41,126 nt of DNA from an uncultured Anaerolineales bacterium. GTDB lineage: Bacteria > Chloroflexota > Anaerolineae > Anaerolineales > UBA11858. The notes under the pieces were generated by a model. That model was not told the origin of the DNA. It made no database searches and saw only the letters and a list, made by a program, of their open reading frames with translations. The DNA lies in assembly GCA_964653835.1 (NCBI GenBank), contig CAZZFZ010000006.1, forward strand, positions 1-41,126, given 5' to 3'. Below are positions 34,599 to 41,126 of this stretch, piece by piece; the first letter of the stretch is position 1, and every line of letters starts with the position of its first letter. A program made the position numbers and the translations under genes.

Positions 34599-35192
34599 TT
34601 ACTCTTGCGCGTAGGGCTTTTTGGCGTCAATTTCTTCGGCGTTGAAGGTGAACTGCACTTCTTCGTACCCCAGGGGGTAATCCTTGCGCAGTGGGTGACC
34701 TTCCCATTCATACGGCATCAGGATGCGGCGCAGATCGGAATGACCGTCGAACTTGATGCCGAACATATCCCACACCTCGCGCTCATACCAGTTGGCGTTG
34801 GGGTAAATACCCTCGATGGTGGGCACGGTGGGGTTTTCGCCTGGGACGAGCGCGCGCAGCCGCAGGGTCAGGTTATCCTCCAGGGCATAGAGCTGGTAGA
34901 CCACATGGAAGCGCGGTTCGCCTTCAGGCCAGTAGTCCACTGCGGTGATGCCGGAGAGCACGTTGAAGCCCAGGTCGTCGCGCAGACGGCGGCAGACATC
35001 CACGACCTGCTCGGGGGTGATGAGCAACGTGTGTTCGCCGCGAAAGACGACCTCTTCGGCTTTGAACTCGTCCTTGAGCGTTTGAATAACGTCAGCCAGT
35101 TTATCGTTCATAGCGTGTGTTGCAGCCTCCCGGAGAGCCGCGGGGATTCGTTCCCCATCTTGCTCCCCAATGCTTGTGATGGCTATTTCCAA
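34599..35192 (-). CDS. nuoC: NADH-quinone oxidoreductase subunit C (30-kDa subunit); start uncertain
   Basis: [29 protein letters not shown]. The longest ORF starts at a TTG at 35192, overlapping nuoB by 10 nt. The alternative ATG at 35111 (MNDKLADV...) would give 170 aa and a 71-nt gap. Confidence 0.85.
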   Translation of the reverse strand: MEIAITSIGEQDGERIPAALREAATHAMNDKLADVIQTLKDEFKAEEVVFRGEHTLLITPEQVVDVCRRLRDDLGFNVLSGITAVDYWPEGEPRFHVVYQLYALEDNLTLRLRALVPGENPTVPTIEGIYPNANWYEREVWDMFGIKFDGHSDLRRILMPYEWEGHPLRKDYPLGYEEVQFTFNAEEIDAKKPYAQE

Positions 35193-35665
35193 TCGGTGAA
35201 CTTTTCGTTTTGGATTTTTTCGTGCAGGGTAAGGATGGCGTGGATCAGCCCCTCGGGGCGCGGCGGGCAGCCAGCTACGTAAACGTCAATCGGGATGACC
35301 TCGTCCACGCCTTGCACGATGGCGTAATTGTTGAACACACCCCCACAAGAGGCGCAATCGCCCATGGCGATGGCCCATTTAGGGTCGGGGAGCTGATCGT
35401 ACAGCCGGCGCAGCACGGGGGCCATCTTGCGGCTGACGCGCCCGGCGACGATCAACAGGTCGGATTGACGCGGGCTGGGGCGCATCAGTTCCATGCCGAA
35501 ACGGCTCATATCATAGTGAGAAGCCTGGGAGGCCATCATCTCGATGGCGCAGCAGGCCAGGCCGGAGAGCAGCGGCCACATGGCGCGCGTGCGCCCCCAG
35601 TTGACCGCCTGCTCCAGGGTGGTGGTCACAATCCCCATGTTGGCAAGTTTTTGTTCTATTCCCAT
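35183..35665 (-). CDS. nuoB: NADH-quinone oxidoreductase subunit B (N2 cluster)
   Basis: [25 protein letters not shown]. Overlaps the nuoA stop by 10 nt. Confidence 0.95.
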   Translation of the reverse strand: MGIEQKLANMGIVTTTLEQAVNWGRTRAMWPLLSGLACCAIEMMASQASHYDMSRFGMELMRPSPRQSDLLIVAGRVSRKMAPVLRRLYDQLPDPKWAIAMGDCASCGGVFNNYAIVQGVDEVIPIDVYVAGCPPRPEGLIHAILTLHEKIQNEKFTDWK

Positions 35666-36027
35666 TCCAGGGCTCCTTTCTTCCAGGCATACACATAACC
35701 TACCAGTAAGATGGCGATGAAGACGAACATCTCCATCAACGCAAAAAGCCCCAGGCTGTTGGCGATGAAATCACGCAGCACCACGGCCCAGGGGAGGAAG
35801 AAGATGATTTCGATATCGAAGAGGATGAACAATACCGCGATCAGGTAGAAGCGCACCGACATGCGACGCCTGCCGGGCCCATAGGGGTTCATCCCCGATT
35901 CGTACGGCAGCGATTTGGCCTTGGTGGGTCGCCGTGGGCCAAATAGATGCCCCAGGATGACCACCAACGCAGCCAACCCGGTGGAGAGGAAGATCAGTAC
36001 GGCGATGGGAAGATACTCCAGGAACAT
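35656..36027 (-). CDS. nuoA: NADH-quinone oxidoreductase subunit A
   Basis: 123 aa, 3 [13 protein letters not shown] and [22 protein letters not shown]. Confidence 0.92.
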   Translation of the reverse strand: MFLEYLPIAVLIFLSTGLAALVVILGHLFGPRRPTKAKSLPYESGMNPYGPGRRRMSVRFYLIAVLFILFDIEIIFFLPWAVVLRDFIANSLGLFALMEMFVFIAILLVGYVYAWKKGALEWE

Positions 36028-36108
36028 AAGGGCTCCTTCGTAAGGTGAAATGGATTTTGCTCGTCACCAGACAGACGGGCAAGGTGGTTATTCGCCGTTG
36101 CACAGCAA

Positions 36109-36146
36109 TTGGGGGCGCAAGCAAGACGGATCACTTGTGCCCCCAA
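36109..36146 (-). promoter_or_regulatory. 13-bp (one mismatch) GC-rich hairpin in the nuo 5' leader
   Basis: On the minus strand, TTGGGGGCACAAG, a 12-nt loop, then CTTGCGCCCCCAA. It lies about 80 nt upstream of the nuoA ATG. Confidence 0.45.
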
Positions 36147-36192
36147 ATCGGGCGTTATCATTTCGGTGGCGATAACCGTAACAGATCTTGAA

Positions 36193-36201
36193 AGTATATC
36201 A
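36193..36201 (-). promoter_or_regulatory. Candidate extended -10 promoter of the nuo operon
   Basis: The minus strand reads TGATATACT (TGnTATACT). No good -35 (TACCTC at 17-nt spacing). Confidence 0.3.
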
Positions 36202-36285
36202 CAGGAAAACTCGACGAGGTAGATCGGAGTGCGAAATTTCACAAGCCTAATGATAATGGTAGGGGGCGTGAGGCGGCGAGGGGCG

Positions 36286-36774
36286 CTATTGCTCGCGCCG
36301 CCTGAACAGCGCTTCCCACTCATCCACCTCTTCGGGGGTGAGGTTGACCTGGGTTTTCTGGCTGGGCAGGGGGGATGGCTCGGCGGAGGGGGCTTTCGCC
36401 TCGCGAATCTGGCGGGTGAATTCCTCGGCGCGCAGCACGCGCGCGCCGGCTTCCCGCGCTGCCGCCTGCACCTTTCTGTCGGAGCTGACCACCGTCCAGG
36501 TGCGCGCGCTGCCCCCTAATTTTTTCAGGCGGGCGATGATCGCGGTGTCGGCGTCGGATGGCGGGGCGATGAAATGGGCGCGGATGTTTCCAAAGGTGCG
36601 CGAACGTTCTGCTCCCGGCGCGCGCCTGTCAAAGTAAACCTCGATTCGCTTGCCGGGCTTGTGGCGCGCAAACTCCTGCAGGATTTCGATCAGTCGATCT
36701 TCATCGTCTACGTCGCTCAGGCTGACGCCGGGGAGTTTCGGGATCAGGTTGTGACCGTCGATTAGGTAGGGCAT
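36286..36774 (-). CDS. YacP/Rae1-like NYN-domain (PIN-like) ribonuclease
   Basis: N-terminus MPYLIDGHNLIPKL, then VYFD, DADTAII and TVVSSDRKVQAAAREAGARVL, which match the YacP-like NYN layout. Confidence 0.75.
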   Translation of the reverse strand: MPYLIDGHNLIPKLPGVSLSDVDDEDRLIEILQEFARHKPGKRIEVYFDRRAPGAERSRTFGNIRAHFIAPPSDADTAIIARLKKLGGSARTWTVVSSDRKVQAAAREAGARVLRAEEFTRQIREAKAPSAEPSPLPSQKTQVNLTPEEVDEWEALFRRREQ

Positions 36775-36876
36775 GGGAACCTGCTTTATAATAAAGGGTG
36801 GTTATTCATGTTGGCATTGTAGTGCCTGGGCTGCCTTGAGTCAACAGGGAGGCCTTCGGCGCTGATCGGAGCCTGT

Positions 36877-37596
36877 ATGCAGCGAAAACAGCTTTTAGGG
36901 TATCTGTTGCTGAATGTCGTCGTCTCGGCCAGCACGGTCTGGCTGGTGTTGACGTTGTGGAGCCGCGCGCAGCAATCGGCGATTGAGCGTGTCGTAGCTG
37001 AGATCCCGCAGCCGCTCGAAAACCATCCCGTCGCCACCGATGTGGTGATCCCTACCGCTGCACCGGAACGTCCGTTGCAACCGCATCAGGTGCGCCCTGG
37101 GGAGACTTTGAGCGACATCGCTTTGCTCTACGACACCACGGTGGAGGAGTTGCTCGCCATCAACGGGATGAGCGACGCCGACACACTGGGCGCTAATCAG
37201 GTGGTCTACGTCCCTGTGCCGACGGAGACGCCCGCTGCCTCCGCGCCTGCGGTCTCCGCCGCGGCGGAGGAAACTCCTTCTGCGTCCGGCGGTATTCAGA
37301 TCGTCTCGGTCGTCGGTGTGGGCGACCTGGGAACCGAGCGTGTGTTGTTGGGTGAAGCGGGGGGAGGCAAGCACGCCCTGGCGGGCTGGCAGTTGCGCGA
37401 TGAGGATGGCAACATCTACACTTTTCCTCAGGTGACACTGTACGAGGGCGGGCAGATCGTGGTTAACACCCGCGTTGGGGTGGATACGCCGCTGGAATTG
37501 TTCTGGGGGCTTGAGGAGGCCGTCTGGCGATCGGGTGAGACGGTCACCCTGCTCGATGACAGTGGTACGGTGCAGGCCACTTTCATGGTGCCCTGA
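36877..37596 (+). CDS. Membrane-anchored LysM plus lamin-tail-domain (LTD) protein
   Basis: N-terminal TM. LysM HQVRPGETLSDIALLYDTTVEELLAINGM. C-terminal LTD-like beta domain (ERVLLGEAGGGKHALAGWQLRDEDGNIYTFPQVTLYEGGQIVV ... GETVTLLDDSGTV). Confidence 0.75.
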   Translation: MQRKQLLGYLLLNVVVSASTVWLVLTLWSRAQQSAIERVVAEIPQPLENHPVATDVVIPTAAPERPLQPHQVRPGETLSDIALLYDTTVEELLAINGMSDADTLGANQVVYVPVPTETPAASAPAVSAAAEETPSASGGIQIVSVVGVGDLGTERVLLGEAGGGKHALAGWQLRDEDGNIYTFPQVTLYEGGQIVVNTRVGVDTPLELFWGLEEAVWRSGETVTLLDDSGTVQATFMVP

Positions 37597-37606
37597 GAAC
37601 ACTTTA

Positions 37607-37650
37607 AACCTCCCGCAGGCTGAATCGTTGTTTGTAGCCTGTGGAAGGTT
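37607..37650 (+). terminator. Hairpin of family C after the LysM-LTD gene
   Basis: AACCTCCCGCAGGCT (37607-37621), 14-nt loop, AGCCTGTGGAAGGTT (37636-37650), with 1 mismatch and 1 G-U. The 16-mer TTAAACCTCCCGCAGG (37604-37619) is identical to 21486-21501. Confidence 0.5.
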
Positions 37651-37657
37651 CAGCAGA

Positions 37658-37687
37658 TTGACCGCTTTTCTCGCCTCGTGATACACT
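37658..37687 (+). promoter_or_regulatory. Candidate dnaX promoter
   Basis: TTGACC (37658-37663), 18-nt spacer, TACACT (37682-37687). Confidence 0.35.
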
Positions 37688-37733
37688 AGGGGCGACAGCG
37701 AAACCGCTTTTGGGAGAGCGGTAGAGAAACCCC

Positions 37734-39287
37734 ATGACTCAAGCTTTCTATCGTAAGTGGCGCCCCCAGACCTGGGATCAGGTCATTGGGCAGGAGCACA
37801 TCACCACCACGCTGCGCAACGCAGTGGCGGCGGAGCGGGTGGCGCATGCCTACCTGTTCGCCGGGCCGCGCGGCACGGGGAAGACTACCTCAGCGCGCCT
37901 GCTGGCAAAAGCGGTCAACTGCCTGGCGGAGGACCCCGCCCAGCGCCCGTGTAATCAGTGTGAACACTGTCTGGCGATCACCAGCGGGCGCTTTATGGAT
38001 CTGATTGAGATTGACGCTGCCTCCAACAACGGCGTGGACGATGTGCGCGATCTGCGCGATAAGATCAACTTTGCCCCCAACCAGGGGCGCTATAAAATCT
38101 ACATCATTGACGAGGTCCACATGCTCTCCGGCGCGGCGTTCAACGCGCTGCTCAAAACGCTGGAGGAGCCCCCGGCACACGCCATCTTTGTGCTGGCGAC
38201 CACCGAGGTGCACAAGATTCCGGCCACCGTGCTTTCGCGCTGTCAGCGCCACGAGTTCCGCAGCATCCCGGTGGCCGATATCGTCGCGACCCTGCGGACG
38301 ATTGTGGAGCGTGAGGGCATCGAGGTGGATGATGCTGTGCTCCCTCTGATCGCCCGCCAGGCCACCGGCAGCCTGCGGGATGCCATCTCGCTGCTAGATC
38401 AACTGGCCTCCGCCACGGGGAACATCACCCTGGAGATGGCGCAGGCTGTGCTGGGGACGACGACCGGGCAGGCCGTGGTGACGCTCATCGCCGCGCTGCT
38501 GGAGGGCGAGGCCGGCCGCGGTTTGGATATCATCCATGCCAGCCTGGATGCCGGCGCCGACCCGCGCCAGTTCGCCCGGCAGGTCGTCGAGTATCTGCGC
38601 GGGCTGCTGTTGATCCGCGCCGGCAACGCCGATCAGGTGGATGCTCCTGCTGAGGTGCGCGCCGAGATGGCTGCGCACGCGCAGGCCCTGCCCACCGCGC
38701 GCCTGCTTGCGGTGATCCGGGCGTTCAACCAGGCCGCCGCCGGAGCGCGCAATGCCTGGCACCCGGCCCTGCCGCTGGAAATGGCATTTATGGAAGCGTT
38801 GGAAGCGCCCGCCGTCGAGCCTGCCCCCGCCGCCGCGTCGGCGTCACCCTCGGCACAGCGTCCGACTCCCTTGAAGCGGGCTGCTGAACCCAAAGCTTCG
38901 CCTGCTCCCCGGCAGAAGGAGGCCATTGAATCCTCAGCGGTGGAAGGCGATGCCCCGATATCTCTCGCCAACCAGTGGGAGCAAATCCTGAAGGCGGTGC
39001 GCGAGCGCAATCCGCAAACCCAGGCGTTGCTCAACTCGTGCCGCCCGTTGGGGATGAAGGGCAACACGCTGGTGCTGGGCTTCAACGGCGATTTCGCCAA
39101 ATCGAAGATGGAATCTGGCGAGCACCTGGAAATTCTGCAAGAAGTGATGACCAGCATGCTGGGCAAAAGCGTGCCGGTGAAATGCGTCGTCGCTCCTGGC
39201 GGCGAATTGCCCCCCGATATTGACCAGAATGGCATGGTAGCCACCGCCCTGCGCGATCTGGGCGGCAAGATTGTGGATATTCAATAA
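37734..39287 (+). CDS. dnaX: DNA polymerase III subunit gamma/tau
   Basis: [20 protein letters not shown], Zn module CNQCEHC, Walker [20 protein letters not shown]. Confidence 0.95.
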   Translation: MTQAFYRKWRPQTWDQVIGQEHITTTLRNAVAAERVAHAYLFAGPRGTGKTTSARLLAKAVNCLAEDPAQRPCNQCEHCLAITSGRFMDLIEIDAASNNGVDDVRDLRDKINFAPNQGRYKIYIIDEVHMLSGAAFNALLKTLEEPPAHAIFVLATTEVHKIPATVLSRCQRHEFRSIPVADIVATLRTIVEREGIEVDDAVLPLIARQATGSLRDAISLLDQLASATGNITLEMAQAVLGTTTGQAVVTLIAALLEGEAGRGLDIIHASLDAGADPRQFARQVVEYLRGLLLIRAGNADQVDAPAEVRAEMAAHAQALPTARLLAVIRAFNQAAAGARNAWHPALPLEMAFMEALEAPAVEPAPAAASASPSAQRPTPLKRAAEPKASPAPRQKEAIESSAVEGDAPISLANQWEQILKAVRERNPQTQALLNSCRPLGMKGNTLVLGFNGDFAKSKMESGEHLEILQEVMTSMLGKSVPVKCVVAPGGELPPDIDQNGMVATALRDLGGKIVDIQ

Positions 39288-39306
39288 CGGAATTTTTGGA
39301 GGTAGC

Positions 39307-39636
39307 ATGGCAAAACGACCCCGAAAGCCTGGTCCGCCCAAAGGTATGGGCGGCATGATGCAGCAGATTCAGCAGTTGCAGGAACAATTGCTCGCTGCGC
39401 AGGAAGCGCTGAAAGAAGAAACCGTTTCGGCGACGACCGGCGGTGGCGCCGTAAAAGCCGTGGTCACCGGCGACCAGCGGCTTCAGGCGTTGGAGCTGGC
39501 CCCCGAGATGGTGGCGGACATGGACGTGGAGATGCTGCAAGATTTGATCATCCTGGCCGTCAACAGCGCGCTCGATCAATCGCGTGAACTGGCGACCGAG
39601 CGCCTCGGCCCGCTGACCAGCGGCCTGCCCTTCTAG
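39307..39636 (+). CDS. ybaB: YbaB/EbfC-family nucleoid-associated protein
   Basis: GGAGG lies 4 nt upstream of the ATG at 39307. MMQQIQQLQEQLLAAQEAL ... GGGAVKAVVTGDQRL ... LQDLIILAVNSAL. Conserved dnaX-ybaB-recR order. The track start at 39271 is a TTG inside dnaX. Confidence 0.9.
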   Translation: MAKRPRKPGPPKGMGGMMQQIQQLQEQLLAAQEALKEETVSATTGGGAVKAVVTGDQRLQALELAPEMVADMDVEMLQDLIILAVNSALDQSRELATERLGPLTSGLPF

Positions 39637-39652
39637 CGAGGGGGTTTTTCCT

Positions 39653-40258
39653 ATGTTGCTGCCCGCGCCCATCCAGGATTTGATCAATGCCTTCTCGCGC
39701 CTGCCGGGGATCGGCCCCAAAACCGCCTCCCGGCTGACGTTTTACCTGCTGCGTGCTCCGGATGACCTGGCGCTGGAACTGGCCGCTGCGGTCGAAGGCC
39801 TCAAGAGCGGCACTGCCTTTTGCCAGACCTGTTTCAACATCACCGAGGCCGGGCACGCCGAGTGCGCCGTCTGCCGCGATGAAGGCCGTGACCGCGGCCT
39901 GATCTGCGTGGTGGAGGAGCCGCTGGACGTGGTCGCCCTGGAGCGCACCGGCGGCTATGGCGGCGTGTATCATGTGCTGCAGGGCGCGCTCTCCCCGATT
40001 GATGGTATCGGGCCGGACGACCTGACCATTCGTGCTCTGTTGGGGCGCGTTCAGGGCGGGGGTGTGCGCGAGGTGATCCTGGCGACCAACCCCAGCATGG
40101 AAGGGGACGCTACCGCGGTTTATCTCAAAGAGCAGTTATCGCGTTTTGACCTCGCCGTCACCCGCCTGGCGCGCGGCCTGCCCGTGGGAGGCGATCTGGA
40201 ATACGCCGACCAAAACACCCTCCTGCGGGCGTTGTCTGGGCGTCAGGCCATGGATTGA
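39653..40258 (+). CDS. recR: Recombination protein RecR
   Basis: HhH LPGIGPKTASRL, C4 zinc finger CQTCFNITEAGHAECAVC, Toprim ICVVEEPLDVVALERTG. Confidence 0.95.
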   Translation: MLLPAPIQDLINAFSRLPGIGPKTASRLTFYLLRAPDDLALELAAAVEGLKSGTAFCQTCFNITEAGHAECAVCRDEGRDRGLICVVEEPLDVVALERTGGYGGVYHVLQGALSPIDGIGPDDLTIRALLGRVQGGGVREVILATNPSMEGDATAVYLKEQLSRFDLAVTRLARGLPVGGDLEYADQNTLLRALSGRQAMD

Positions 40259-40301
40259 TGAACGAATTTTGATGAATTTTGAAAATTGGCCTCAAAAACC
40301 C

Positions 40302-40329
40302 TTGACAGTCCCGATATCTGCTGTATAAT
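40302..40329 (+). promoter_or_regulatory. rRNA operon promoter P1 (consensus hexamers) with an upstream AT-rich UP-like tract
   Basis: TTGACA (40302-40307), 16-nt spacer, TATAAT (40324-40329). A/T-rich GAATTTTGATGAATTTTGAAAATT lies at about 40264-40287. Confidence 0.7.
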
Positions 40330-40463
40330 CCCCCACCGTCAAAGCTGATCACCTCGGACCTCGCCCAGAAGGGCAGATCCATCAAAAGTGAATAGACGCA
40401 TCTACTAACGAGCGCCGATGTCAAAAAGCCGGATGTCGGTTCTTGTTTTTGTGTCTCAAAAGC

Positions 40464-40492
40464 TTGACAGGCTTGGAGAACGTTGATAGAAT
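40464..40492 (+). promoter_or_regulatory. rRNA operon promoter P2
   Basis: TTGACA (40464-40469), 17-nt spacer, TAGAAT (40487-40492). Confidence 0.65.
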
Positions 40493-40591
40493 ACACGATT
40501 GCCAAGCAAAACGGTACCTTGACAACTGAAGAGTGACAGAAAGCGAAAAGCCTAGTCAATACAGTAAATCCTGCATCTTCGGATGCACGTT

Positions 40592-41126
<535 letters not shown>

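Noticed and set aside
37597-37733. SRP RNA (ffs), which precedes dnaX in many bacteria. GTGGAAGGTTCAGCAG looked superficially like the GGAAGCAGC domain IV motif.
   Set aside because: There is no GNRA-capped helix with the conserved symmetric and asymmetric loops. The hairpin is better explained as a family C terminator-like repeat.
37734-39287. Programmed -1 frameshift site in dnaX (tau/gamma), as in E. coli.
   Set aside because: No A-rich slippery heptamer (A AAA AAG type) occurs in the gene. The longest A runs are 4 nt.
40519-40547. A third TTGACA upstream of the 16S, which could be a P3 promoter.
   Set aside because: No acceptable -10 at 16-18 nt (AGCGAA). The surrounding CTTGACAACTGAAGAGTGACA resembles conserved rRNA leader sequence rather than a promoter.

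Overview
GC-rich chromosomal segment, probably Chloroflexota. That call is an inference from the partial 16S (CCTACGGGTGGCAGCAG and GCGGTAACACGTAGGAGGC variants) and the protein repertoire. Most of the window is densely packed housekeeping. On the + strand: a split, permuted glutamate-synthase-like pair (2-3860); a TerC / LysM-M23 / anchor / PLD operon (4049-7525); a cupin and a large polytopic membrane protein (7665-10056); a HerA/FtsK-superfamily ATPase, a DUF45 zincin and a TSUP permease (10217-14083); a 69-aa basic protein convergent with a patatin-like lipase (14406-15776); a three-gene NfeD protease operon (15876-18475); lipA; and a CPA2/RCK antiporter. On the - strand: a complete 14-gene nuoA-N operon (21527-36027) and a YacP/NYN gene. 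The window ends with a LysM-lamin-tail protein, dnaX-ybaB-recR, and the 5' 535 nt of a 16S rRNA behind two near-consensus promoters. I found no CRISPR array, tRNA, transposase, integrase or phage gene. I do not see a clear-cut novel system. The three best candidates are: (i) the YjgR/HerA-like ATPase with a long coiled-coil tail plus DUF45 plus TSUP; (ii) an NfeD operon whose usual SPFH partner is replaced by two uncharacterised membrane proteins; (iii) several families of structured intergenic repeats, one of which shows compensatory stem substitutions between copies. All functional calls rest on motifs read by eye. No database search was run.
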